Part shown: positions 9,130 through 18,230 of the stretch, piece after piece
How the letters are laid out: each line of letters begins with the position of its first letter
Numbering within the stretch: position 1 is the first letter of the stretch
Notes under the pieces: generated by a model
Seen by the model: the letters and a program-made list of their open reading frames with translations, nothing else
Told to the model about the DNA's origin: nothing
Database searches by the model: none
Translations under genes and position numbers: made by a program
Source of the DNA: a virus
DNA length: 64,000 nucleotides
Virus record (IMG/VR): IMGVR_UViG_3300035698_017294
Span: 1-64,000 of that record
Direction: 5' to 3' (one strand)

Positions 9130-9649
9130 AACGTTTTGGGAATACATGAGTAAGCACGGAGCACAAAAAGTTACTAACGGAAGATATTTTATTGCTATTC
9201 CAACCTCATACGGCGGACCTGAACATATGACGGTTAAGTTCCTAGGTGAACTTAGCGAGACACAAGTACAGAAGGCCAAGGATCGGATGGAGGCATTAGC
9301 TAATATAGAGAAAGTGCCACTAACGAGTAAAGGTGTTGGCCTACTAGGTCGCAAGTCACCCTACTTCGTTGATTTTGTAGATGATGAGGATCGTCGCATT
9401 CGTGACATATTTAAAACATTTAATAAGTCTAGCAAGAAAACGATACCACACGTAACTGCCTTTAAGATAAAGAAAACAGACACAACTTTTAATACCGGAG
9501 CAATTGACCCAATGAGTTCAGTGCTGGCCGATAAAGTTGTCTTATATAGAACTGCTGGCATGCATAAGTACGAGACCGTTTACGAAGTAGCCTTGAAGAA
9601 TAGGACTCCGTGGAATTGGGTCAAAGATAGATTTGCAAATTGGCTATAA
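9119..9649 (+). CDS. 2H phosphoesterase (ThpR/Acb1-like fold)
   Basis: Two HxT motifs (EHMTVKFLG and PHVTAF) plus C-terminal VVLYRT...YE. Confidence 0.75.
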   Translation: MNTRTFWEYMSKHGAQKVTNGRYFIAIPTSYGGPEHMTVKFLGELSETQVQKAKDRMEALANIEKVPLTSKGVGLLGRKSPYFVDFVDDEDRRIRDIFKTFNKSSKKTIPHVTAFKIKKTDTTFNTGAIDPMSSVLADKVVLYRTAGMHKYETVYEVALKNRTPWNWVKDRFANWL

Positions 9650-9661
9650 ATCCCTTATACT
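9633..9661 (+). promoter_or_regulatory. sigma70-type promoter
   Basis: TTGCAA-N17-TATACT upstream of the head genes. Confidence 0.6.
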
Positions 9662-9693
9662 TCAATTGTACGAAGTCAATTTAAGGAAAAACA

Positions 9694-10431
9694 ATGTTAA
9701 CACAAGAAGAATTCGCAGAATATGGACGGCAAGCTGCTCGGGCTCATATGGATAGTGATATACCATTGACGGATTCAGTAATTAAGATCGCTGAGGAATT
9801 CTCTCTCAATCGACATGAAATAGATCGGCTTGTTGAAGAAGCCAATACTAGCACATATATGGAAATGTTCAGTAAGCAGGCCGATAAATATATCGAGTTC
9901 GAAGTTGCTGAAGCTGCAAAGGTTGCTGAAGCGATTGCGCCAAAAATGGCATTCTCCAAAGTAGCTGCGTTTTGTGAAGACTATGAATCCCCTCCTGACC
10001 AGTACGATCTAGGTATTGAACTAACTGATGTATTTGGCAACGAAGAAGCAGGCCCAGACGAAGCTCTAGAAAAGGAAGCTTCCGCCATTGCATTAGAAAA
10101 GGTATCTATAGAAAAGCGAGCTGCTACAGAAGAGCAGATGCGCGAGCTGGCATATAATTTCGATGATAGGTCTGACCAATTCATCAACTTTGTAAAAAGT
10201 GCAGCGGCTGCAGGAGTGTCACCAGATTCTATGAAGGTGTCGATCGAAACACACACTGGCGAAAATGCCGTACTGGATTCCCTTTTTAATAAGGCTGCAG
10301 GAGGCATTAAGCACCCAGAGGATTGCTTGAAGAAGATCGCCAAATTAGATGATACGACTGGCATAGTATTACTAGCTAATGAGCTAATAAAGACTGCCGA
10401 AAAATATGTAACACTAAAAGGGCAGGTATAA
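9694..10431 (+). CDS. acidic head morphogenesis / scaffold-like protein with 11 K-x-A motifs
   Basis: Position between terL and the protease. Repeated KIA/KQA/KVA/KEA/KRA/KSA/KTA. Confidence 0.55.
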   Translation: MLTQEEFAEYGRQAARAHMDSDIPLTDSVIKIAEEFSLNRHEIDRLVEEANTSTYMEMFSKQADKYIEFEVAEAAKVAEAIAPKMAFSKVAAFCEDYESPPDQYDLGIELTDVFGNEEAGPDEALEKEASAIALEKVSIEKRAATEEQMRELAYNFDDRSDQFINFVKSAAAAGVSPDSMKVSIETHTGENAVLDSLFNKAAGGIKHPEDCLKKIAKLDDTTGIVLLANELIKTAEKYVTLKGQV

Positions 10432-11105
10432 TGACTGAGCAATTTGTAAGACTATATAAGCAAGGTAAATTACCTGCTAGCACACTTATTAAAATGGCCG
10501 CTCTTAAAGAAGAGATAGAGAAGAAAGCCGGATGGAAAGGATTTGGCCAAATTGGCAAGTTCCTTGGGTACGGTAGTGCAAAAGCACGTGAAGGCTCAGC
10601 GGAATTGGGCCAACTCGGCCCTGTTAATTCGCTAGGCGGCGGCGCTAAGGCACTTGGTGGGCTAATGCTTATATCCGCATTAGCGGGAGGCCTAATGTCA
10701 GCTGGCCAAACTGGTATCGATAAACTAGATAAAAATCTATTCGATGAAAAAAGAATGACTGGCGCATTAGATGCTATGGTAGAGAAGTTCCCAGAGATGG
10801 GATCCAAAGAAAATAAGGAATTGGTGCACAGCTATTTCAAATCATTGTGGCATTTTAGTCCTCACATAGCTAACGATCCCATGGCGGCACGCGCGTATAT
10901 AAAGCATGCTCTAACGTTACATGAAGTAGGCGGACCTACTCACTTGACGTATAAGGATCTCATTGAAGCCCAGAAAAATAGAGGCCAGACAGAACAGGCA
11001 CTACCTGTTCGCAGCGCTATGAGTGGATCACTTAATGCACTTAAAGCATTTGGTGGACCTCCTGCAAATGATTACATGCTGAACCCAGCAATCGGTAAGC
11101 TTTAA
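10431..11105 (+). CDS. putative internal head protein with hydrophobic helix
   Basis: LIKMAA and IEKKAG motifs, Gly/Ala-rich hydrophobic segment. Confidence 0.5.
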   Translation: MTEQFVRLYKQGKLPASTLIKMAALKEEIEKKAGWKGFGQIGKFLGYGSAKAREGSAELGQLGPVNSLGGGAKALGGLMLISALAGGLMSAGQTGIDKLDKNLFDEKRMTGALDAMVEKFPEMGSKENKELVHSYFKSLWHFSPHIANDPMAARAYIKHALTLHEVGGPTHLTYKDLIEAQKNRGQTEQALPVRSAMSGSLNALKAFGGPPANDYMLNPAIGKL

Positions 11106-11109
11106 ATAA

Positions 11110-13923
11110 ATGCTAAAACTTGTAGAATATAAAGCCGAAGATGATTTTGGTGTGCAAATAGAACTTATCGAGCCAGGTGGGCCGATGGTTAAAACTGCAG
11201 AAGCATCAGACGAACTTCAAGAGGCTATAGCGCTGATAAAGCCAAACGCAGCAAAGCTGTACATCTTGGTAAATGCTATGGGCGCTGGTGAGTATTACGG
11301 GTCTAATCGAAATGGTGACTACTTCCCTGAAAAGGTATTACAGCAGTATCACAAAACGTTTGAGACCCTGGCACGAGTATATAAGCACCATGTTAATAAA
11401 GATCCAATGCGGTCTTACGGTCGACCTGTATTTAGTCACTACAACAATAAGATGCATCGCGTCGAGCTGATCTTAGAGATAGACAAGGGAAAAGATGCCA
11501 AGATCGAGCAGCAGGTACGTGAAGGAACGATAAAAGTATCAATGGGTGCAAAAGTTCCGTTTGATATATGTCTTGATGTTAATACTTTAGTCAACACAAC
11601 TATTTTAAAGAATATTGAACCGGGGGATTTTGTATTTACCCATGAAGGTAGATCTAAGGAAGTAGTTGCTACATCAACGCGTATTGTAGATTCCTATATA
11701 GAAGTTTTACCTTTTGGTGATTACTTATCTCTAAACTCTACCGAAGAACATCCATTTCAAATTGCTAACTACAAGCAATTCAAGGAAGGCAAAATAACAA
11801 GGCTGAAGGCTTTAAAAACTGATTACCCGATTTTAGACTGGAAAGAGGCCAAAGACTTAAATATTGGTGATTATCTAGTATTTAGAAAAACAGCTAAACA
11901 TGTGTCTACCCTAGGTATTAATTTTGCTAGAATTTTGGGTTACTACTTAGCGGAAGGTTGGCTAATAAAGCAAAGATCCGGTAAGAAAAAAGATGGCCCA
12001 ATGAAAACAATGGGAGTATCTTTTTCTTTTAATATAAATGAACATGACTATATTGATGAATTAGCAGACCTTCTTTCAGAATATGGAACACCAAAAATAT
12101 ATAATGCCCCAGAAAAGCATGAGTGCCGTATAAGTGTTTATTCAAAAGACTTAGTCGACAAGTTATTAAAATATGGTGGTGAGTACCCAGGTACTAAATT
12201 TATTAATTCAGAACTTTATAAAGAATCAGAAGATTTTATTCTGGAACTTTTAGGGACTTTAATAAATGGCGACGGTAGCCAAGATCATTCTTCACAGCAA
12301 GGGGTAATAAGATATAGCACTATATCCGAGTATCTGGGAAGAGGTATTCGTCGACTATGTCTTGAGGCTGGTATAACAGCTAGTATAAATAGACGCGAAA
12401 CGAAAACTACGTATGGCGATTCTACGGTATATACTGTATATATTCCAGCTAGCGCTAGTAAGATTCTTTCAAGCTATTCAGTAAAAGTTAAATCTTATGA
12501 TAAAGGAACTTCTTCTAGGCTATTTAATTTTGATAATCATGTATTAATTCCTATAAAGAAGATATGTAATCACGACGATTACCTTGAAGTTAAAAATATT
12601 CAGGTAGAGGATGACGAATCCTATCAAGCGCAAGATTATGTTTCACATAATTGCTCAATATGTGGACACAAGGCGCGTCGCATGGTAGACTATTGCGAGC
12701 ATCTTAAACGTCCGAATATCAATAGGCTTAGACCTGATGGTCGTCGTGCGTATGCGATTAACACGCAGCCAAAGTTCTTCGATATATCCGTGGTGACAAT
12801 ACCAGCAGATCGTACTGCTTTTATGATGAGAAAGCTAGCGGAGTTCGAAGGCAACAGTGAGTTCGTAAAGCTGTCATCTGAGATGTATCACGAGGTATTA
12901 AAGAAAGCTGATGTTAAGGAAGCGGAAATAGAGAAGCAGATAGACGGCGAGACTATGTCTACTGCGGATACAGATCCTAAGGGGCTTATATATAATACTC
13001 AGGACGAGTTACCAAAAGCTGATCTTATAAATCTGGTAGACAAGCACGGTGCAGAAGCAATACTACGTGCACTTGCCGAAATGAATATCATGCCAAAGCC
13101 TGTGGACTTCCAGAGAATAATGCTACGCTCAGGACACATGGACGATCTAATGGATCACATGGATAGTCATAGGCGAGTTTTCCCGATCTTCTCAGATACG
13201 GAACCATTGCCGTTCAAATGTAATCATAGTGAATTGCCAGATGAGCTGCTACATGAAATGTCGACATACGTTCCCAGACGGTCATTATCAAAACCATTGA
13301 TAATTGTCCGCGTAATGCGCAAGTTTGCAGAGAATAAAAACATCATGTCGGATGATCCATATACGCAGTATTCAAAAAACGAATTGGCGCAGATGGAGAA
13401 CGGCTCACATGTTAAGACTCCAATTTACAAGAATCCAGCTATACCTCTAACCGCCCTCGGCGGCATGTATCTTGGATACTCAAGGTATTTTAAAAAGGCT
13501 GGATCCAGATCTGCTGTGGCGAACAAGTTTATCAAGAAGCCGTGGATGTACCCGCTATTGGCTTTTGGTATAGGAGCAGGAACTGTTGGTGCGCAGAAGG
13601 TTAAAGAGTTCAGCTTATCAAATATTAGCCAAATGCAGAAACAAGCAGGCGCAGCTTCTAACATAGCGGCAGGAATGCTAGTATCTTTACCAGCTACGTA
13701 TTACACTTCATATAACGTAGGTGCGAAGAAGAGATATGGTATACCAGTCGGAAACATAGAAAATACAGTAGCTAAGCATCCATTTATTACTGGGCTAGCG
13801 TCCAGCGTGGCTGCTGGAGCGGCTATTAAAAGACTAACAAAAGTTGCTTCGGCAGAATATTTTTCTACAATGTCAAACAAGGTTATAGACGAATTGTATG
13901 AAAAACTTGTACTTAGCACTTGA
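11110..13923 (+). CDS. prohead (maturation) protease with intein and long C-terminal extension
   Basis: NRNGDYF, HH, VSMG (catalytic Ser context), CSICGH...YCEHL zinc site, FFDISVVTIPAD (protease-type FxEISxV..PA). Located in the head module. Confidence 0.75.
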   Translation: MLKLVEYKAEDDFGVQIELIEPGGPMVKTAEASDELQEAIALIKPNAAKLYILVNAMGAGEYYGSNRNGDYFPEKVLQQYHKTFETLARVYKHHVNKDPMRSYGRPVFSHYNNKMHRVELILEIDKGKDAKIEQQVREGTIKVSMGAKVPFDICLDVNTLVNTTILKNIEPGDFVFTHEGRSKEVVATSTRIVDSYIEVLPFGDYLSLNSTEEHPFQIANYKQFKEGKITRLKALKTDYPILDWKEAKDLNIGDYLVFRKTAKHVSTLGINFARILGYYLAEGWLIKQRSGKKKDGPMKTMGVSFSFNINEHDYIDELADLLSEYGTPKIYNAPEKHECRISVYSKDLVDKLLKYGGEYPGTKFINSELYKESEDFILELLGTLINGDGSQDHSSQQGVIRYSTISEYLGRGIRRLCLEAGITASINRRETKTTYGDSTVYTVYIPASASKILSSYSVKVKSYDKGTSSRLFNFDNHVLIPIKKICNHDDYLEVKNIQVEDDESYQAQDYVSHNCSICGHKARRMVDYCEHLKRPNINRLRPDGRRAYAINTQPKFFDISVVTIPADRTAFMMRKLAEFEGNSEFVKLSSEMYHEVLKKADVKEAEIEKQIDGETMSTADTDPKGLIYNTQDELPKADLINLVDKHGAEAILRALAEMNIMPKPVDFQRIMLRSGHMDDLMDHMDSHRRVFPIFSDTEPLPFKCNHSELPDELLHEMSTYVPRRSLSKPLIIVRVMRKFAENKNIMSDDPYTQYSKNELAQMENGSHVKTPIYKNPAIPLTALGGMYLGYSRYFKKAGSRSAVANKFIKKPWMYPLLAFGIGAGTVGAQKVKEFSLSNISQMQKQAGAASNIAAGMLVSLPATYYTSYNVGAKKRYGIPVGNIENTVAKHPFITGLASSVAAGAAIKRLTKVASAEYFSTMSNKVIDELYEKLVLST
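11569..12651 (+). mobile_element. intein (361 aa) with LAGLIDADG endonuclease in the prohead protease
   Basis: C1 CLDVNT, block B STEEHPF, LGYYLAEG and LGTLINGDG, terminal SHN followed by +1 Cys (CSICG). Confidence 0.9.
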
Positions 13924-13947
13924 CAAAATAGATATGCATATTATACT
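13920..13947 (+). promoter_or_regulatory. sigma70-type promoter for the scaffold/capsid operon
   Basis: TTGACA-N16-TATACT, followed by a strong AGGAGG RBS. Confidence 0.75.
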
Positions 13948-13996
13948 AGTAACGTTAAATTAAATAAACTGTTTATTTAGCAGGAGGTTTTAAAAA

Positions 13997-14551
13997 ATGG
14001 CTTTAAATTTACAAGAAGTGATTGACAACCTAGAGAGTCAGACTGATCCAGCGGACAACTTTTTCGCAAAATTGGCATCAGATGAAAATCAAGAAGTTGT
14101 TGATGAGGTAACTTCGGACATTGAAGCTTCTGAATATACAGATGAAGAGCAAGAAAAAATCGCCGAAGCTTTTGAGCTAGGGCAATTAGCTGCACAATCT
14201 GTATCCGATGATCTAGAAAAAATAGCTGTTGGTAAAACTGGTATGACACCAGAAACTGGTGCTCCAATGAACCCAGCAATAGCTATGGCAACTAATAATG
14301 CCGATGTTAATCCTCAAGTCTTGGCGCAAGTTATGGCTTTGATTAACCAAGCAGCTAGCGGAATTGGCCAAACTGGCTCACTTGCACACGGCTCAGTCGG
14401 TGGACAAGGTGCAGCGGCGGCTCAAGCTCCCGCAGTTACAGACGCGTATCCCATTGCATCAGATGCAATCGGAACTCCAGGTAGAGTTAAAACCGCGGCT
14501 GATTACGTAGTTGGTGGATTGTACGGGCTCTATTTCGGGGGTGAGGAATAA
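13997..14551 (+). CDS. acidic scaffold-like protein
   Basis: Strong RBS. 4 of 5 Lys lie in K-x-A. Shares EKIAE...G..AA with the next gene. Confidence 0.6.
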   Translation: MALNLQEVIDNLESQTDPADNFFAKLASDENQEVVDEVTSDIEASEYTDEEQEKIAEAFELGQLAAQSVSDDLEKIAVGKTGMTPETGAPMNPAIAMATNNADVNPQVLAQVMALINQAASGIGQTGSLAHGSVGGQGAAAAQAPAVTDAYPIASDAIGTPGRVKTAADYVVGGLYGLYFGGEE

Positions 14552-14841
14552 TGGCTGGATTACTTGAAATGTATGAACAAATGACAAAAGAAGCAGAAGA
14601 GACACAAGTCGATGTGCAGCTGGACGAAGAGCGTGTAGGTGTGATCGAGAAGTATGCTTCCTTTGCCGAAGATGTGTTGATTGATAATGGCGAAGATTAT
14701 ACAGAAGATGATGTCATCAAACTGGCTAGTGCGTTGATCGATCATGATCTCGAAGTAGAAGACCAGATGGACAAGGTAGCCGAGCTAGACGAAGCTGGCC
14801 GCATCATGGCACGTGCTTTTCTTGCAGAACTGCAAAACTAA
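14551..14841 (+). CDS. acidic scaffold-like protein
   Basis: All 4 Lys lie in K-x-A (KEA, KYA, KLA, KVA). Confidence 0.6.
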   Translation: MAGLLEMYEQMTKEAEETQVDVQLDEERVGVIEKYASFAEDVLIDNGEDYTEDDVIKLASALIDHDLEVEDQMDKVAELDEAGRIMARAFLAELQN

Positions 14842-14854
14842 GTCTGGAGAAAAA

Positions 14855-15229
14855 ATGGCAAGTTTACTAGAAATATTAGCTGAATCTAACATAACGTTAG
14901 GTGACGACGAGAGCCAAGTTAAACTGGCTAGCGGTGAGCTGGATACTTCTGTGAACTTAGATAAGGACTCGATCGAAAAGCTGGCTGAAACGCTGGATGC
15001 TTTTGGCGAAGAGGATTCATTACTTGATGAGATGGCAAAAATTGCTGTGTTGCAAGACATGATCAACTTGGTTGAAGCTTCAGACGAACACAAAGCTATT
15101 TTGAAAGAAGCTGGACTGGCTTTACCGCCTTATGCCGAAACTGAACCAGATCGAAATCGTTTTGAATATTTGGCTGAGCGAATTGCTAATGGCGAACGGT
15201 TACTACCCGGAGGCACAGCAAATGACTAA
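14855..15229 (+). CDS. acidic scaffold-like protein
   Basis: Start MASLL after GGAGA. Motifs KLA, KLA, KIA, KEA. Confidence 0.6.
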   Translation: MASLLEILAESNITLGDDESQVKLASGELDTSVNLDKDSIEKLAETLDAFGEEDSLLDEMAKIAVLQDMINLVEASDEHKAILKEAGLALPPYAETEPDRNRFEYLAERIANGERLLPGGTAND

Positions 15230-15551
15230 ACACGAATTATGCAAACAAGCGGCAGCGACGATAAGGGCTCAATTCGAACGTATTGAACAACTAGAGAACG
15301 AAAGATTAGTGCTTGACAAAGCTATCGATCTTACCTCTGATTTAGTAGAACACGAAAAGATTTCGTCAGTCAAAGCTTTTGATAAACTAGCTGAATTACG
15401 TGGCCAAACTTTAGAGCAGCTGGTTACGCTGGACAAGGCAATCGAGCTTACTAAGGAGTCAGGCTTTAATCTAGAATTAGGTAGATTATCTGACGAGCAC
15501 AGCAGTGCTAATGGTGACCCTCTAACCAGTTGGTTACTAGACGACAATTAA
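15222..15551 (+). CDS. coiled-coil scaffold-like protein
   Basis: Start MTKHEL after GGAGG. C-terminal DPLTSWLL amphipathic tail, just before the capsid genes. Confidence 0.55.
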   Translation: MTKHELCKQAAATIRAQFERIEQLENERLVLDKAIDLTSDLVEHEKISSVKAFDKLAELRGQTLEQLVTLDKAIELTKESGFNLELGRLSDEHSSANGDPLTSWLLDDN

Positions 15552-15583
15552 ACTAAATAATGATATTATTTGGAGGTTAAATA

Positions 15584-16045
15584 ATGTTAAAGATAAGAAC
15601 GAATCTAGACATGATAGATCGTTTTGATGCTACGGTTCGATCTGGCGCAGGTAATGATTTACTGGCTAGTGGTTACCAAGGTGTGTGGGCTGTTCCGTCA
15701 GCAAATGGGTTCGATTTACCCACGTCTGTTGGAACCCATCCTGCCTACATGGTATGGACCGAAGGTAATTACAATCCCACTACAGGTGTCGAGTCAATTG
15801 GCTTTACACCCGATGCGACACAGACAACTAAGCTAACTTTCTTGGCCGGTAAATTCCGTATTTTAACAAATATGTTTGAAGATACCCCAACGCCTACAGT
15901 AGGATCTCCTATGTGCGTTAACGCAACGACAGGTAAGTTAATTCAGATAACCGATGATGGTAACGCGTTTGCTAGTGGCGTGGTTGCACACGTCATGACT
16001 GCCGAAGACGCAACAACCGGTTATCTTGAAATTCAAACATTCTAA
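15584..16045 (+). CDS. putative capsid decoration/cement protein
   Basis: Beta-rich 153-aa protein directly upstream of the MCP, GGAGG RBS. Confidence 0.55.
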   Translation: MLKIRTNLDMIDRFDATVRSGAGNDLLASGYQGVWAVPSANGFDLPTSVGTHPAYMVWTEGNYNPTTGVESIGFTPDATQTTKLTFLAGKFRILTNMFEDTPTPTVGSPMCVNATTGKLIQITDDGNAFASGVVAHVMTAEDATTGYLEIQTF

Positions 16046-16062
16046 CAGGAGGTACTAAGAAT

Positions 16063-16989
16063 ATGTCTTATGATGTTGATCCTAAAGCCCTGACAGAACT
16101 CTTCATTGAGAAGATGGGCACAGACATGGAGAAGACAGCAGCTGAGGCTGGTGCCTTCGTGCGTATGAGATTGCGCGAGCTTTCCTTCATGCGTAAAATC
16201 ATGAACCCTACGTACGTTACTGCGGCTGACTGCCAGCGTTCCGTGCTACATGACCAATTGGTCAAAATCGTTGATAAGGAGCCTGATTCAACTGCGTACA
16301 CTATGAACTTCCGTGGCAAAGCTAACGCTACCTACGTGAAGGGTGAACGCTATGAAATTTCTTTCTTCTTAGTGGGATCGGAAGATTTCCAGAAGACTGA
16401 GGAAGAGCTCCTAGCATACGAGATGCCTATTACAGATGTTATTGAAAAGAACTCTGTTAAAGACATTCAAAAAGTTGAAGATACTGTATTTATCCAAACC
16501 ATTTCTGGAATATGTGATGACAATTCTAAGAGTAGAAGCCTGGCAACAGGAATCTCTGGAATTACCAATCCTATTCCTCAGCTGGTTTTCCGTACCGGAT
16601 TCAATTTACTTGAATCCGTAAGTGGAAATGACCCATTGTATACTGACTTGATTCTTATGAACCAAGCTGATTACAATAAACTTATTGAGTGGAATAGTAC
16701 TCAGATCGGTGATCAAATCGCGACTGAGATTACTACTAATGGTTTCACTTACCCAACTCTGTTCGGTAAGAAAGTTATCACCACAATTAAGGGTGCATTG
16801 GTTCCTGAGAATACACTGTATTTCTTTGCACCAAAAGAGTACTTGGGTCACGCCTACATTCTAGGTGATACAAAGTTCTGGATCGAAAAGAGAAAGAATC
16901 TTGTGACTTGGGGTGCTTACGAGCATATCGGTGTAGGTATCGGTAACAACAACGGTGTTGCTAGAGTTACATACAGCGTTTTATCATAA
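16063..16989 (+). CDS. major capsid protein (HK97-like)
   Basis: 308 aa, AGGAGG RBS, followed by a terminator. RLRELSFMRKI and C-terminal YEHIGVGIGN fit the HK97-fold pattern. Confidence 0.8.
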   Translation: MSYDVDPKALTELFIEKMGTDMEKTAAEAGAFVRMRLRELSFMRKIMNPTYVTAADCQRSVLHDQLVKIVDKEPDSTAYTMNFRGKANATYVKGERYEISFFLVGSEDFQKTEEELLAYEMPITDVIEKNSVKDIQKVEDTVFIQTISGICDDNSKSRSLATGISGITNPIPQLVFRTGFNLLESVSGNDPLYTDLILMNQADYNKLIEWNSTQIGDQIATEITTNGFTYPTLFGKKVITTIKGALVPENTLYFFAPKEYLGHAYILGDTKFWIEKRKNLVTWGAYEHIGVGIGNNNGVARVTYSVLS

Positions 16990-17034
16990 TCACCCGACCC
17001 TGTCGGTTTATTATACATTCACTCCCTTTTCCTG

Positions 17035-17068
17035 CCCTCGAGCTTCAACCACTCGGGGGTTTTTATTT
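17035..17068 (+). terminator. intrinsic terminator after the capsid gene
   Basis: CCCTCGAG...CTCGGGGG stem followed by TTTTTATTT. Confidence 0.7.
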
Positions 17069-17081
17069 GGGGGGGGGGGGT

Positions 17082-17285
17082 AAAAAAGGAACCAAAGGTT
17101 CCTTTCAATGCTAAGAAGCTGCAGCCAACCTTCTTTCCTTTTCACCTCCCTCATGAAGAGGTGGCCAATTTTCTACGGAGTGTGCTTTAAGGTGGGAGGA
17201 ATATGCCCACCAAAGTAGCTATCTGGCACTACCCAGCCGCAGAGTACCAAACATCACGAATCGAGCCCTCGGAAGCGCTTACTTT
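17082..17285 (-). ncRNA. candidate structured non-coding RNA antisense to the capsid operon
   Basis: ORF-free stretch with hairpins (GGTGGG/CCCACC, CACCTC/GAGGTG). Ends in AAAGGAACC/GGTTCCTTT plus a U-tract on the - strand. Confidence 0.3.
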
Positions 17286-17301
17286 ACTTATGCCTTAATT
17301 C

Positions 17302-17330
17302 TTGACATTTCTTTTTATATTTTATATACT
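17302..17330 (+). promoter_or_regulatory. sigma70-type promoter
   Basis: TTGACA-N17-TATACT. Confidence 0.75.
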
Positions 17331-17420
17331 ATAGTGGTACTGTGGTTTTCATGGTTGCCTCCTTTCGGTTAGAGAGTGCTCGGAGTGAGCGCTCTCTTTC
17401 TATTTAAGAAAGAAAGTTTT

Positions 17421-17762
17421 ATGGAAGTTGTCGATCGTCCCTGGGGTTACTTCTTAGTTTTAGACGAGGATAAAGACTCCAAGACCAAAAAAATAGTTGT
17501 GCACCCCAACCAACGTTTAAGTTTACAGCGCCACTGTAAGCGAGACGAGCACTGGTTCATTACACACGGCTTAGCCGTGGTAACGATGAACGATGCTGCC
17601 CTTAACCTAAAGAAGGGCCAACAGGTAACCATTCCTAGGATGGTACGACATAGGGTGCATAACACAGGAACGGAAGACCTGGTCTTTATTGAGATACAGA
17701 CTGGTGATTACTTCGGGGAAGACGACATTGAGAGATTTGAAGATGATTATGAAAGGGAATGA
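17421..17762 (+). CDS. type II mannose-6-phosphate isomerase C-terminal cupin domain protein
   Basis: RPWG...LSLQRH..RDEHW...HRVHN...EIQTGDYFGEDDIERFEDDY. Confidence 0.85.
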   Translation: MEVVDRPWGYFLVLDEDKDSKTKKIVVHPNQRLSLQRHCKRDEHWFITHGLAVVTMNDAALNLKKGQQVTIPRMVRHRVHNTGTEDLVFIEIQTGDYFGEDDIERFEDDYERE

Positions 17763-18148
17763 GAATGGGTTATTCATACGGACCAATTGACTGGGATAGT
17801 GATGGAAGGGTTAATTGGAATCAAGCAGGTGAAGAGCACCCGCCACCATACGGCGTAAGGAACGAATGCAATAGAACTGAAAATGATGAGTTCTACTATT
17901 TCTGGATCCCGGCCCCAGGCGCCATTAAGGATAAAATAAAAATTACGGTTGCGGACAATACTATTACAGTTATAGCAAATATTGACTACCCGTGGGGTAC
18001 TAAGAGAACTATAGCAATGGACATTGATATTCCCACCAACGGTGACAGCGATAAGATCAATTCAATCATGCACAATGGCTTGCTGGAGATCAATATACAA
18101 AAGACTAAAGAACCAAGATCAGTGCCTATTGAGATTAAAGTAACTTAA
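17759..18148 (+). CDS. Hsp20/alpha-crystallin small heat-shock protein
   Basis: PG..KDKIKITV.DN.ITV...P...D.DKI.S.MHNGLLEI.I.K. Confidence 0.75.
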   Translation: MRMGYSYGPIDWDSDGRVNWNQAGEEHPPPYGVRNECNRTENDEFYYFWIPAPGAIKDKIKITVADNTITVIANIDYPWGTKRTIAMDIDIPTNGDSDKINSIMHNGLLEINIQKTKEPRSVPIEIKVT

Positions 18149-18170
18149 ATCCGCTAAAACCGCTATCCGA

Positions 18171-18199
18171 TTGACTTTAACCCCTGTCTGTATTATACT
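18171..18199 (+). promoter_or_regulatory. sigma70-type promoter embedded in an inverted repeat
   Basis: TTGACT-N17-TATACT, flanked by TAACCCCTGT (18178-18187) and ACAGGGGTTA (18216-18225). Confidence 0.7.
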
Positions 18200-18230
18200 T
18201 TAGGTATAGTTCAACACAGGGGTTATTTAT

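Noticed and set aside
17069-17080. G12 homopolymer as a functional G-quadruplex or phase-variation tract
   Set aside because: It is a single intergenic run between terminators with no linked gene or promoter, and may be a sequencing artefact.
17085-17285. tmRNA (frame ending ...RRLAAAS* and a GGGCTCGATTC segment)
   Set aside because: Too short, and no acceptor stem, T arm or CCA end could be built. Kept only as a generic ncRNA candidate.
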